The notes: generated by a model not told the origin, from the sequence alone. 64,000 bases of DNA from Candidatus Uhrbacteria bacterium (GCA_016219925.1 JACRJU010000003.1:22505-86504), one strand, 5' to 3'. Shown: positions 11,125 to 22,245, counted from the first letter of the stretch. Program-made: numbers and translations.

Positions 11125-11857
11125 AGCGAAAAAATCATACGGCCAAAATTTTTTGGTGGATGAAACCGTCGTTCAAAAAATTCTCGCGGCGGCTGAAATC
11201 AAACCGGGCGAAGCGGTTTTAGAAGTGGGACCGGGCACGGGGGTGCTCACGCGAGCACTTGTTGATGCGGGCGCACGCGTCGTTGCGGTTGAGGCGGATC
11301 GTGATTTGATTGCTGGTCTGAAGAAAGCATTTGGCGAAACCATCACGCTGATCGAGGGCGATGCCCTTGCCCTTCGCGCTCCTCTTCCATTCGAGAATCG
11401 AGCGTACAAGCTTGTTGCGAACATTCCCTACAACATCACCTCGCAACTTTTGGAACATTTTTTTACGACTTCTCCGCGGCCGTCACGGATGGTTCTAATG
11501 CTCCAAAAGGAAGTGGCTGATCGCCTCACAGCCGCGCCTGGAGATATGAGTCTGTTGAGCGTGGTGTGTCAGCTTTACGCGCGCGTTGAGCGCATGGCCG
11601 TTGTGAAGGCCGGGGCTTTTCGTCCCATGCCAAAGGTGGATTCTGCTATTGTCCGTTTTGATTTATATCCCAATGTCCATCCTGAAGCGGTGATTGCTCT
11701 TGCCAAGCGGGGCTTTGCCGCTCGACGCAAGCAACTCAAGTCCAATCTCGGAGCGGCTGTTGTCCCGACGCTTGAACGCATGGATTTGCCTAAAACCGCT
11801 CGAGCACAAGAACTTTCTGCCAAGCAGTGGATCGAGTTATCCCTAGGGCTTTCATAG
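11114..11857 (+). CDS. rsmA: 16S rRNA (adenine1518/1519-N6)-dimethyltransferase RsmA/KsgA
   Basis: KSYGQNFLVD start, VLEVGPGTGVLT SAM motif, NIPYNITS motif. Confidence 0.9.
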   Translation: MLPRAKKSYGQNFLVDETVVQKILAAAEIKPGEAVLEVGPGTGVLTRALVDAGARVVAVEADRDLIAGLKKAFGETITLIEGDALALRAPLPFENRAYKLVANIPYNITSQLLEHFFTTSPRPSRMVLMLQKEVADRLTAAPGDMSLLSVVCQLYARVERMAVVKAGAFRPMPKVDSAIVRFDLYPNVHPEAVIALAKRGFAARRKQLKSNLGAAVVPTLERMDLPKTARAQELSAKQWIELSLGLS

Positions 11858-11883
11858 AGCTTTTGTTATAATAGCAACAGACT

Positions 11884-12588
11884 ATGGCTATTAAGCGCGT
11901 GAGAACTTCCCAGCCTCGGGCACTCACGGCCGAGCAGAAGGTTGCTTTTGCGATCTTGTTGTTTTTGGGTTTGGGGGGTTTTGTTTTAGGCTTCCGTTCG
12001 TTTGGCAGTGCCATCAGACGGCCGTTTGATTTGCAGATTGCCAAGTATTTAAGCGGCGAAAAATTCATGACGAGCGAACAACGCCAGCAGAAGGATCTCG
12101 AAGCTTCCAAAACGCGCGACACCGATGGCGATGGCCTGAACGATTACGACGAATTATACGTTTATAAAACCAGTCCTTACCTCACCGATTCTGATTCCGA
12201 TGGATTTGACGACAAAACAGAAATTTTTTCCAACAACGATCCGAACTGTCCTCAAGAGAAGGACTGTTCCAAAGGGCCGACTCAAGAAGGAGTGGCTAAA
12301 GAGGAAATTCTTCCAGGTCTCAATAACGCTTTTGCGGATACCGCCGGCATTCTCGCTTCCGGGAAGGTTGATTTTAAGAATCCAGAGGACGTGAAGAATT
12401 TTTTCCGTCAAGCGACCATTGAAGAGATCCGCAAAGCTCTTATTCAAGCCGGCGTTCCCAAAGATCAGTTGGACCAGATTAGCGATGAGGATTTGACGAC
12501 ATTTTTTAACAGCACGCTTGATGACGCTTCCAATGCAGGAGCTTTTGATGCTCTCGTAAAGCCGCCGGACGAGTCGACTTCGCCTTAG
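11884..12588 (+). CDS. Membrane-anchored protein with thrombospondin-type-3-like Ca-binding Asp repeats
   Basis: 234 aa; N-terminal TM (FAILLFLGLGGFVLGF) followed by DTDGDGLNDYDE and TDSDSDGFDD (DxDxDGxxDxxE repeats). Its stop lies 1 nt before the ATG of the giant gene, indicating translational coupling. Confidence 0.55.
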   Translation: MAIKRVRTSQPRALTAEQKVAFAILLFLGLGGFVLGFRSFGSAIRRPFDLQIAKYLSGEKFMTSEQRQQKDLEASKTRDTDGDGLNDYDELYVYKTSPYLTDSDSDGFDDKTEIFSNNDPNCPQEKDCSKGPTQEGVAKEEILPGLNNAFADTAGILASGKVDFKNPEDVKNFFRQATIEEIRKALIQAGVPKDQLDQISDEDLTTFFNSTLDDASNAGAFDALVKPPDESTSP

Positions 12589-12589
12589 T

Positions 12590-15500
12590 ATGAATAGTGA
12601 TCGCAAACAATTTCGGCGTTGGGTGGGTGCGATAGGAGTGGTTCTTTTTGGATTCGTTCTCGTGATTCCGATTTTTTTGGCTCGTCCAGCTCTTGCGGTC
12701 GGAACAGAACAAACGGCGCTCGCGGGCGCACAGGCCGAGGTGACGTGTCATTCCGCTCCCTATGCTCCGCCTTGTATCGGCCAGCAGATTAAAGATGTCG
12801 CAACTATTCTGGGTGACCGCATTGTTCAGCCGACGTTTAAGATCGCCCTTGTCCAAGGACTTTTGAATATCTCTCAATTCGTCGTGAACCGTTTGGCTTA
12901 TGAAGCCGCACTTATCGTCGCTAACGGAGGACCGGGACAGGGCTCCTTGTTTTATAAAAAATCCGCTCTTCAAGGATTTAAAGAATTTGGACTTGAAGCG
13001 GCCGGCGAAGCTGTAGCCGACTTGAGTGACGCGCTCAATAGTAGTTTGGGGACGAAGTTTGATTTGTGTCTGCCGCCCGGTGCCGGATTCACGCTGGGTC
13101 TTCAGATCGGGATCGCGCAAAAATATCAACCACAGAAACCCCGCTGTGACATCAACGAAGTGGTGAATAATTGGTCAAGCTTTGTGTCGGATGCGTACAG
13201 CACCGTGACGGATCCTGATAAAGCCAGTCATGCTATTCTTTCAAAATTTGCCGAATCGCTTCAGCCGGGACGCAACGAGTTAAGCGCTTCGGTTAAGCTC
13301 AATATTGAATTGCAAAAAGAGGTTGCAGAGAAGAAACAGGCTGAGATCACTGAACGCACAACAGAAAAGCCCGCAGTGAAAGACGTCAAGGATCCCGTAA
13401 CCGGAAAAACGAAAACGCCGGCAAAAGTTGCCGAGAATGATTTTTTGGACAAGATCAAAAAAGCCGTGACAGGCGAGACCACCCAGCTTAAAGCGCAAGA
13501 CCTTGCGGGATTTGGGGATGCGATGAGTGGTCTAGCCCTCACAGCCGCTTCGACGTTTACCAATACCCTCCTGTCGCAACTGTTCAACAAAATTTACAAA
13601 GGATTGTTTGACGTGAAACCAGACAGCAAAACATCTTTCAATGTTGAAGCGGTAGCGGATCAAGGACAAAATCCAGAGCAATTTTCCAAACTCTTTGCGA
13701 CGACACCCATTGCCACAGGGGATTACAATGCCCTGACAGAATTTGTTGTGTGCCCTCCGCAAGGCGTTGCCAATCGCGGTCTGAATAACTGCGTGATGGA
13801 TTCGAATTTCCTTTCGGCGATCTCTCGGGGCAACTCGGGTGCGCCTCTTACCGTTCAGGAGGCGATTGATCAGGGGCTCATCAGCGGTAGTTGGCCGCTC
13901 ATCTCGCCGTCAGATTTATCCAAAAATCAAGATCCTTTGTGCTATACCTATGGATTCTGTTACGGCAACCTGGTGAAACTTCGCAAAGCGCGCGTTCTGC
14001 CGATCGGCTGGGAGCTTGCGGCTTTGAATAATAAAGTTTCCAAACCGAGCAGCTTGCAGGAGATCATCAACAACTTCAATTCCTGCAATAGCTTCGGAGC
14101 CATCGATGGCGAGCATCCGTTCTGTCACCTGGTCGACCCTAACTGGGTACTTAAATATCCTGATACCCAGTGCCGCGCGACGGTGAACGGCGAGATCAGG
14201 CTTACGGCGCTTAGTCCGGGGCGACAAAGCGTCTGTGCCGACGCGCCGAGCTGTCTGGGAGAAGACGGTTCGGGCAAGTGCGTGGAGGGCTATGGGTATT
14301 GTGTGCGCGAGAAAAACGTGTGGCGGTTTCGCGGCGATGAATGTCCGGCACAGGCCGCTGGGTGTCTTGCCCTGACGAATACCCAAACGAACGACCGCCA
14401 AGCTTACACGATCAACACGGTTGATTTTAGCGTTTGCGGACAGCAAAACGCCGGGTGTCAGTGGTACCGAACAAACAAAAATCTTTCTACAGCCGGGACG
14501 CCCACTCTTACAGATGATACTTATGAATGGTTAGTGGCGGGTGAAAATTATAACACGACAGGGCCGACAGACCGAGGGGACGATTGGAAATTTGATAAAA
14601 ACGGAACTTCTACTCCACGCGTTTCTTATGTTGTGAACACTCCCGTGCGTTACTCCTATGAAGATCGCCTGTATCTGACGCGTGCGGTTCAGAGTTGTTC
14701 GCAAAATGATGCAGGATGTTCCGAGTTGATCGCTGGAGCAGGAGGATCCATCTTGAATTTGATTCCAAATCCAAGTTTTGAGATTGACGAGAACACCGAT
14801 GGCATTCCGGATCATTGGCTTCCGCAGAATTTGGCGGCCAATAAGATTATGATTGATTCTTCAAAGCCGGCTGCTCGCGGGAAGAACGTTCTTAGGCTTA
14901 TCAACGTGCCCAATAACGCCGCTCTTGTTCAACGTTTTGATCTGCAACCGAATCAGTTTTATACCTTGAGTTATTTCTTTGCTTCAGTTGCGGCCATCAA
15001 TGCTCCAGGAACGGTTCGGATGCAGTTTTCGGGTCCAAACGGCACCCCCGTGAGTTATAGCGGACTGTCTATTTCAGGTTGTACGGTTTCAAATGTCTTT
15101 GCGGGAGAGATTGATTCATCCGTGAGCGCCACTTCGGATTGGCAGCGGACGAGCTGTACCTTCGGAGTTCCATCACCAGCCTCACAGCTCAAATTGATGA
15201 TTGAATCGCCCGGTGTACGCTACGACGGTTTTCAGCTCGAGCCGCGTGAAGTGGCCAGTGACTTTGTGGAGGGGATTCATATCGGAAACGCCCAGACGCA
15301 ATACACGAAAGTCGCGCCCGCCTATTTGAAGTGCACAGGTGCGACCACAGATTCAGCCGCCTGTAACACGTATGCACAGATGTGTCAGGCCCAGGATGTT
15401 GGCTGTAATCGCTACACGCCGGACAATGGAGATCCGTCCGTGCCCGCCATCGCAAACGATTTGGATGCGTGTCCAAGCGAATGCGTGGGATATGATACGT

Positions 15501-18500
15501 TCAAACAAGAAGCCACAACGTATGATGACGAAGCATTCCCCGTTTATTTCATTCCTGCAAAAGCCAAGGCATGTACCGCTGAACAGGTGGGCTGTGATAG
15601 CTTCACGCGTTTAAGTGCTGCACAAGAAGGCGGCGAGCGCGTAGAAACTTATACGAATTTGCGCGCATGCGTGACGCCGGCGATGGCCGATGGTTCGGCC
15701 AACAATAAGACAACCGCGACGTTCTTCACATGGGAAGGATCAGACAATGCGGGCTATCAGTTACGCTCGTGGACGCTTCTTAAATCCAACATGCCGGACA
15801 ATCAGTCCATGGCGCAGCAATTGGCGGATGTTTCACTGACAGAGACCAATATCGGCCAGGCTCCCTGTACGAAGTGGCGAGTCAATGGTCCAAGCGAATT
15901 GATTTGTGAAGATTCCGTCGGAGGACATCTGAACGAGGTGGCGCACAACACGGTCTGCGACGCGCACGAAGATATTTTCACCAATCCAAATTGCCGCGAA
16001 TTTTTCGATACACAAGGAAAAGTTCATTATCGACTTTTTTCTGACACCGTCACCGTGAATGAGGAATGTGCCCCCTATCGAAAAGATACCTCCACACTTT
16101 CCGATTGCAATAATTCCGGGGGTTTTTGGGATGTCCAGACGGGTTTCTGCCGCTACTTCGGACTCTCGAGTGAAAGCAAGAGTTGTCCGGCCGCGGTGTC
16201 TGGTTGCCGTTCTTATACGGGTGGAACAGGCAGAAATTCCGCGACTTTGCTTTCAGAAACATTTGAGAGCGGGTCGTTTGTGGGATTCAAGCCGTATAAC
16301 GTTCAAGGGAATGCCTCATTGCTTATTAGTAATGAGTCTATTGCAACCGACGGACATTCCTTGCGCGTTGCGGTGAATAACGGCACCGCGGGAGTTTCAA
16401 CCACCCAGTACTACTTAAACAACGCAAACGCAAATGTTTCCTACGATCCAACCAGCGACGCGACAAAAGCCGCGACGTGTACGGCGTTTAACAATGGAGC
16501 ATTCGCACACAAAATCTCGCCAGCGGGTTGTGAGATTGATGCCGGCAACAATGGAAGTGTCGAATGTGTGGTCGGGCCCGGGGAGCACAGTTGCGGTCCG
16601 CTCGTGAATAAACTCGTTTCCGGCAAAACGTTCCTGCTTGAGTTCTGGGCAAAGGGCGATGGGAATCTGCGCGTGCGATTTGTCGGAAACGGCGGAGCCG
16701 TCGGCGGCGTTTCGAATAATCTTTCCGATCCATTCCCGCTTACAGCCGATTGGCGCGTGTATAAGCTCGGGCCACTGGATTCAAGTTCCATGAGCGCGAT
16801 CAACAAAGATAGCGTTCTGGTGTTTGATGCCGGTCCCGGAAAAACTTTTTATCTCGATAATCTCGTGCTGAAACAAGTGGAAGAAAACGTAACTATCGTG
16901 AAGGATTCCTGGGTCATTCCATCTACGTGCGACAGCACTCCCGCAGGTATCAACTCGCCGCAATACTATTTGGGTTGCCGCGCGTACAGCGATCAGATGG
17001 GCGCGGCTCATTCGTTGTATCGCTTCTCGCGGCTGTGTTCGGACAAGGTCGTGGCCTGTCAGGCCTTCTTCCAAACTCAACAGTCCAAATCTCCTTACAG
17101 CCGCGCCTACAATGTGCGGTGCGCCAAAGGGACAAACGGCGATTTATCCAAGCCCACAGTAGTCAATCAGGCGACAGCGTGTACGGTTGATAGCGTCGAG
17201 TACTGCACGATCGCAGCCGGCCGTTCGTTCTGCACGTTTGATTACGATGGGTTGTTTGGCGAACTCCTGCCGCGTCAAGGCGATTTTGGAATCGTCTATG
17301 GTCCGGAAACCGTGTTGACGCCTTCGGACCGCATTGTGTATTTCGTAAACGACGGTTCGAAAAACTGCGACTCTGGCCAAGCCGGATGTCAGGAAATGGG
17401 TAAACCAAAATACGCGCAGGATCAAAAGAAAGTTGACGGGTTTGAGAGCGTTTATTTCATCAACAATCCCGAGCAGTACGGACAGACCCTTTGTGACAAC
17501 GATGCGCTATTCTGTCAGGAATACGGCTCAACAAAGGACGGCAATTTCTATTTCAAAGATCCGCTCAAAAAGACGTGCGATTATCGGACGAGTGTAGAAA
17601 TTAACGGAAAGAAATATAGCGGTTGGTTCCGGACAGGGACATCGGAGTCTTGTTATCCGGGGTATGTGGTCGGGGGAGATCAAGCCGGCATCTGGAAAAA
17701 TGGAGATAGCTCTTATGATGGTTGGGTTGGAAGTTGTGATCAAAGCCAGGACCGTTGTACGGAATTCATCGATATTGTGGATACGGAAGGCGGCTTGAAA
17801 AAAGACGGCACCTCTTATTACTTCATCAACAACGATAAGTTGACCGAGGCGGGAACCGCAAGTCCAACGGCGTGCAAAGGACAGATAAGTCAGAAGCAGG
17901 GATGCGCGCTATTCAATAACCGTAGCCGTTCTGAACTGAATTACAACGCGAGCGTTTCCTATGTCCTTTCCACACATGCCGATGTCTTGCTCAATAAGGC
18001 GCCCAACGCGCTTGTTGATCCGGTGAGCTGTGCGCAGTTAAACGGCGGAGTGTATACCATTTCTGATACGCAGAAGGCTCTGCTCGGGCTTGAGGATTTA
18101 AATCCTGGGCAAGACGGGACGCAAGTGCCGCTGTGCAACACGCGATGTCAATATGTCACGTCATCTGATGATTCGATTCTTTCAAACATGGGCCAGTTCT
18201 ACCAGTCTTTCTCAGACCATGTCAGCTATCTGGAGCGCGCGTGTCTCATGGATTCCGATTGCCCCGCGCTTCAAACGAAAAACGGGCAAGTGGTGAAAGG
18301 ATCCTGCACGAAAGACTATGTTGATGATAACTACAGGCTTTCCAATGATTCCAACACCGTGTTGAAGGTGAACCGCGACCGCAGTTGTAGCGCGTGGCTG
18401 GCGTGCGACAGTTCTCGCACCAGTTTCAACGCACAGAGTAATAAGTATGAACCGATTTGTGATTCGATTAGCTTGTGCGTGAAGGGCGGGAACGTCGGAC

Positions 18501-21500
18501 AGAGTTCGGCGTGTACGCAGTGGGATCCTCGCGCGCCGGAGATTTTGACGAACTACGGTTATTCCAAGCGCGACGTGAACTGGAACGGGTATGAATTATC
18601 TGGGTATGCCATTCCTAATCAACTTCCGGTTGAGTTGTACGATCAGTTTAACGTCAATCCAGCAAAAGCGTGTACAAAAAATGGCGCGTTCGTGAAAAAG
18701 GACGGTTCAGCTTTGCCGGCGAGTGAAAGTCCGGTGGCCTGTGGCGATAATACAGAATGTAAGGGGGGCGGAGTCTGTCAGATAGCTTCGCAAGATTTTC
18801 GTTTGGTTTACAACGCCGGTTCGTGTGATTCTTCTGCGGGCAACGGCGGGGCGTGTCGGGTTGGGCGCTGTTCGATCACCCAAAACGCGTGTTCAAAAAA
18901 TGCGGATTGTTCCGGGGCTGGAAATACGTGTTTGACGGGCGCCTGTCAGGCGGTTGCGACCAAGAATTGTCAGAACGCCGACTGTTCGTGCACATCCGCA
19001 GACGCCAATAACAACAAGAAGGCCAATGCTTGCGAGAATGCGAAGACCGGCGCGAATAAAGACGCCTCTGTTTGCGACCCTGTTGCTGGCGTTTGTGTGG
19101 ATCATCTGACGACGGGGGCGGGTGCCGTAACGTGCGGCCCGGAGAACGCCTGTGTGGACGGCGCCAGCTGCATTGATTCCGCGACGACCGCCCACGGAGC
19201 TTGTTTCAACAATCAGTGCCTGACCAACATTAAGGATACGGACAAGAACGGCTTTGCCGATCCGATTCAAATCTCTTCCGCGCTTGGCCAGTCGTGTCGA
19301 GGATATCCTGAGGCGGATTCGCCATTTCCGTCCAAAGTGGTTGATCAGTGGAGTACGGCCAAAGAGAAACCCGAAAAAGGACTCGATATCAACACGTCTC
19401 TTAATCAGCTCAAGTCATGGTCAACGCCCTATACGTTCAAAACGGGATACGAGGATTCCAGAACATGCGCGGTTGATGCACAGGGGCATATCACAAACTG
19501 CGATTGCAGTTACGATAAAATTTCGTACGGCAAAGGAGCGATTACGCGTTACGAAAATGTCGGGGCATCGCCTAATGCCACGCAAGGATTCTGTTTAGGC
19601 GGCCCGCATGAAGGTTTGCACTGTGCGACAGATGAGGATTGTTCCGAAGGGGATAAGGACAAGGGAACCTGTCTGCGTTTGCAAAAACAGGATACGATTT
19701 TGGGCTGGAGTGGGTTCTGCATTGAAAAAGACTCCTCCATTCAAATCAACGCCAGCACAGATCCGGAGGATCGCGCGTGTTTGACGTGGCTTCCTGTTGA
19801 TCAGCTTTCTGGAGCGACGGATTTGTACGCGAAGTATACGAGTGCGGGGTTTGCTGTCGATCAAACGTTGTATTGTGCGGATATTCAGCCTTCCTATGAC
19901 GTAAAGACGACTGCTGTCGGTTGCGGAGAAATTAAGGGACCAGGGTATTGCGGTTGGGATCATGATGATGGGGTTGGCGATGCCAAAGATAATATCGGTG
20001 ACGACGATCCCATTATATTCTGTCCAGACGGATTTTTCGGCGTCATGACGATGTGCGATGAGCTTTCAGAGTCTGGCCATACGATCGCCAATAGTTCAGA
20101 CGGCGATTGCGAAGAAGGAGATAACGATTATCCGTATTTCTGCGTCCCCTATCAATCGAAAAAAACTGAAAACAATCAAACAACGGATTGTATTCCTCCG
20201 ACAGATGCGAATTGGCAAACGAGGGATAATTCTGGACACCCGACCTATCTGTATGTTGACGGTGGCACGTTTGAAACTAAATATAATACATACAAAAATT
20301 GCGTCGTGAAGGGAATTTCTCAAGAGCACATCAGTAAATATTTGTTTAAAGAATCAAACCCATCTCAAGTATCTGAAAACGGTCCGGGGAGTATTTACTA
20401 TGGTTTGACGTATAACTTTGACCAACACGCTTCGTGCAAGTCTCTCGTAGAAACTTCTACGAGCAAGCTTCAACCCGCTGGCAGTAAGAATGTCTATAAT
20501 GTGGCGTGGACGGATCGTTTATGGAAGGCCGGATATACGATTCAGCCGGACAATTCTCCAGAGTTTAGCTATCGATACGCGACATCTCCATCGCTTTTTG
20601 GGCGCGCGGTTCCCCTTGCGACATTGACGGAGAAGCCTGACCCTTCCGCCCCTGTGCTCTCCATGTGTCGCAAAGGTCAGTCAGAAAAGTTCCAAATTCG
20701 CAATCCGCAAAATCCTGATGAGTTTATCTGCGCGCAGCAACAAGATGGCTATCAGCTTAGTGCCGGCGATGCGAGGGGGTTTTATCAGGTTGCGCTTAAT
20801 AGCACCGGTTTTGCGCCGCCAGATGAAAAGTTTTGCAAGGACGGTGGTTGTGCATGTCCGACTAAAAAAACCGTTGAATGCAACTGGCAGAAAAATCCGC
20901 AAGTTCAGAACGATCCTGGACGTCCAGTGACTTGCGGCGACCGAAGGTGTTCTAATAACAACAACGTGGCGTGTGACAGCGAAGACGATTGTCCGAACTG
21001 GGATCCAAAGAGTCCACAGGCGTGCGGAATTGGTTTTCCAGCATGTCCAGCAGGTCAGAACTGTCATTCCCAAATTTGGGGAAATTCAGGAACCTGTTCT
21101 CCTGATTGTAATCCGCAGGGTCAAAGCGTGTGTATAGGCGGACCAAAAAATGAGGAGGCATGTCAGGATGATGGCTTCTGCCGCAACAATCAATGCTTAC
21201 AGGGTGAGTGCGTATCAACGCAACTTCTTCCCGGAGGGACTCCTTTGTCGAATCTTGAACCTCCAGAAAAAGCCAAAACCCGCTTGCAGCAACTTTTCGC
21301 GCTTTCGCTTAATCTTGTGACATTTAATGATGGACTGGTAAACAATCCCGGCGAGGCTGGAAATTCAACGGGGACGTTTAGTGATCCTAGTTCCATTGAT
21401 AAAGGCGCTGCGTGGTATTGGGATGCGCGTTCGCAAGGGGACATCACGGAAAAACCAACACCACCAAAAGTTATTTCGCTCGGCGCATGCGTAGGTTCGA

Positions 21501-22219
21501 AGTGTCGGGAAGGGAAAGAAGGAACGTTTACGGTCAATGACCAGGATTCGGGAAACATTGAGGGAAAGGTTTCGAAACGCGCGACTGTGAGTTTCTTTAC
21601 CTACGCCAACTCCAACCAGATGCCTATCCGCCAGATCGTGGTTGACTGGGGAGACGGGAAGAATTTCGGGGCAATGCCATGGCCGACGGACGCACAGACG
21701 GGTTCGATAGCTAAAGACAACTTTTATAAGAACCATCGAGGGGTGAATGCGTCGGGCCAGGAAATTTGTAGTTCGGCTCCCGATGAGTTTGGCAAAACGT
21801 TTGATGCGTGCAGTTCGAGCTTTGTCGTGTTCAACCATGATTACGTGTGCACGCATGCGGATATCGCCAATAAGCTGGATGGACGCGCGTGCAAGTACGC
21901 CTCCGACGGGCGTCTGCTTAATTCGCCGTGCACGGACGGGAAGCGATGTATTTATCAGCCGCGCGTGAACGTGCAGGATAACTGGGGTTGGTGCACGGGA
22001 TTCTGCAATGCCGGCGCTGATGGGACGAATGGGTGTTTTGGGGGGGATGAACAACCAGGCCAAAATGTTTATAACAACGAGTGCAATATTGATAAGTGTC
22101 CCAGCAAAGCGGAGGATGGAGCACAGGGCACAGCACCATGTCCTGATAAAACGGCAGGGACCGTGAATAATCCTTGGGTAAATTTTGACGGAACAGTTAT
22201 CATTACTCCGGAAGAGTAG
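12590..22219 (+). CDS. Giant (3209 aa) membrane-anchored, cysteine-rich extracellular protein with CBM4/9-like jelly-roll modules
   Basis: Uninterrupted 9.6-kb ORF with an N-terminal signal anchor (VVLFGFVLVIPIFLA) and hundreds of Cys in CxnC pairs. Two segments (about nt 14764-15060, NPSFEIDENTDGIPDHW...YTLSYFF; and about nt 16230-16890, FESGSFVGFKPYN...FLLEFWAKGDG...YLDNLVLKQ) carry the hallmark pattern of CBM4_9/galactose-binding-like carbohydrate-binding modules. The C-terminal region is Cys/Gly/Asn-rich. Confidence 0.75.
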   Translation: MNSDRKQFRRWVGAIGVVLFGFVLVIPIFLARPALAVGTEQTALAGAQAEVTCHSAPYAPPCIGQQIKDVATILGDRIVQPTFKIALVQGLLNISQFVVNRLAYEAALIVANGGPGQGSLFYKKSALQGFKEFGLEAAGEAVADLSDALNSSLGTKFDLCLPPGAGFTLGLQIGIAQKYQPQKPRCDINEVVNNWSSFVSDAYSTVTDPDKASHAILSKFAESLQPGRNELSASVKLNIELQKEVAEKKQAEITERTTEKPAVKDVKDPVTGKTKTPAKVAENDFLDKIKKAVTGETTQLKAQDLAGFGDAMSGLALTAASTFTNTLLSQLFNKIYKGLFDVKPDSKTSFNVEAVADQGQNPEQFSKLFATTPIATGDYNALTEFVVCPPQGVANRGLNNCVMDSNFLSAISRGNSGAPLTVQEAIDQGLISGSWPLISPSDLSKNQDPLCYTYGFCYGNLVKLRKARVLPIGWELAALNNKVSKPSSLQEIINNFNSCNSFGAIDGEHPFCHLVDPNWVLKYPDTQCRATVNGEIRLTALSPGRQSVCADAPSCLGEDGSGKCVEGYGYCVREKNVWRFRGDECPAQAAGCLALTNTQTNDRQAYTINTVDFSVCGQQNAGCQWYRTNKNLSTAGTPTLTDDTYEWLVAGENYNTTGPTDRGDDWKFDKNGTSTPRVSYVVNTPVRYSYEDRLYLTRAVQSCSQNDAGCSELIAGAGGSILNLIPNPSFEIDENTDGIPDHWLPQNLAANKIMIDSSKPAARGKNVLRLINVPNNAALVQRFDLQPNQFYTLSYFFASVAAINAPGTVRMQFSGPNGTPVSYSGLSISGCTVSNVFAGEIDSSVSATSDWQRTSCTFGVPSPASQLKLMIESPGVRYDGFQLEPREVASDFVEGIHIGNAQTQYTKVAPAYLKCTGATTDSAACNTYAQMCQAQDVGCNRYTPDNGDPSVPAIANDLDACPSECVGYDTFKQEATTYDDEAFPVYFIPAKAKACTAEQVGCDSFTRLSAAQEGGERVETYTNLRACVTPAMADGSANNKTTATFFTWEGSDNAGYQLRSWTLLKSNMPDNQSMAQQLADVSLTETNIGQAPCTKWRVNGPSELICEDSVGGHLNEVAHNTVCDAHEDIFTNPNCREFFDTQGKVHYRLFSDTVTVNEECAPYRKDTSTLSDCNNSGGFWDVQTGFCRYFGLSSESKSCPAAVSGCRSYTGGTGRNSATLLSETFESGSFVGFKPYNVQGNASLLISNESIATDGHSLRVAVNNGTAGVSTTQYYLNNANANVSYDPTSDATKAATCTAFNNGAFAHKISPAGCEIDAGNNGSVECVVGPGEHSCGPLVNKLVSGKTFLLEFWAKGDGNLRVRFVGNGGAVGGVSNNLSDPFPLTADWRVYKLGPLDSSSMSAINKDSVLVFDAGPGKTFYLDNLVLKQVEENVTIVKDSWVIPSTCDSTPAGINSPQYYLGCRAYSDQMGAAHSLYRFSRLCSDKVVACQAFFQTQQSKSPYSRAYNVRCAKGTNGDLSKPTVVNQATACTVDSVEYCTIAAGRSFCTFDYDGLFGELLPRQGDFGIVYGPETVLTPSDRIVYFVNDGSKNCDSGQAGCQEMGKPKYAQDQKKVDGFESVYFINNPEQYGQTLCDNDALFCQEYGSTKDGNFYFKDPLKKTCDYRTSVEINGKKYSGWFRTGTSESCYPGYVVGGDQAGIWKNGDSSYDGWVGSCDQSQDRCTEFIDIVDTEGGLKKDGTSYYFINNDKLTEAGTASPTACKGQISQKQGCALFNNRSRSELNYNASVSYVLSTHADVLLNKAPNALVDPVSCAQLNGGVYTISDTQKALLGLEDLNPGQDGTQVPLCNTRCQYVTSSDDSILSNMGQFYQSFSDHVSYLERACLMDSDCPALQTKNGQVVKGSCTKDYVDDNYRLSNDSNTVLKVNRDRSCSAWLACDSSRTSFNAQSNKYEPICDSISLCVKGGNVGQSSACTQWDPRAPEILTNYGYSKRDVNWNGYELSGYAIPNQLPVELYDQFNVNPAKACTKNGAFVKKDGSALPASESPVACGDNTECKGGGVCQIASQDFRLVYNAGSCDSSAGNGGACRVGRCSITQNACSKNADCSGAGNTCLTGACQAVATKNCQNADCSCTSADANNNKKANACENAKTGANKDASVCDPVAGVCVDHLTTGAGAVTCGPENACVDGASCIDSATTAHGACFNNQCLTNIKDTDKNGFADPIQISSALGQSCRGYPEADSPFPSKVVDQWSTAKEKPEKGLDINTSLNQLKSWSTPYTFKTGYEDSRTCAVDAQGHITNCDCSYDKISYGKGAITRYENVGASPNATQGFCLGGPHEGLHCATDEDCSEGDKDKGTCLRLQKQDTILGWSGFCIEKDSSIQINASTDPEDRACLTWLPVDQLSGATDLYAKYTSAGFAVDQTLYCADIQPSYDVKTTAVGCGEIKGPGYCGWDHDDGVGDAKDNIGDDDPIIFCPDGFFGVMTMCDELSESGHTIANSSDGDCEEGDNDYPYFCVPYQSKKTENNQTTDCIPPTDANWQTRDNSGHPTYLYVDGGTFETKYNTYKNCVVKGISQEHISKYLFKESNPSQVSENGPGSIYYGLTYNFDQHASCKSLVETSTSKLQPAGSKNVYNVAWTDRLWKAGYTIQPDNSPEFSYRYATSPSLFGRAVPLATLTEKPDPSAPVLSMCRKGQSEKFQIRNPQNPDEFICAQQQDGYQLSAGDARGFYQVALNSTGFAPPDEKFCKDGGCACPTKKTVECNWQKNPQVQNDPGRPVTCGDRRCSNNNNVACDSEDDCPNWDPKSPQACGIGFPACPAGQNCHSQIWGNSGTCSPDCNPQGQSVCIGGPKNEEACQDDGFCRNNQCLQGECVSTQLLPGGTPLSNLEPPEKAKTRLQQLFALSLNLVTFNDGLVNNPGEAGNSTGTFSDPSSIDKGAAWYWDARSQGDITEKPTPPKVISLGACVGSKCREGKEGTFTVNDQDSGNIEGKVSKRATVSFFTYANSNQMPIRQIVVDWGDGKNFGAMPWPTDAQTGSIAKDNFYKNHRGVNASGQEICSSAPDEFGKTFDACSSSFVVFNHDYVCTHADIANKLDGRACKYASDGRLLNSPCTDGKRCIYQPRVNVQDNWGWCTGFCNAGADGTNGCFGGDEQPGQNVYNNECNIDKCPSKAEDGAQGTAPCPDKTAGTVNNPWVNFDGTVIITPEE

Positions 22220-22245
22220 GAAAAGTTTGTCGGCACTTCGGCCCT

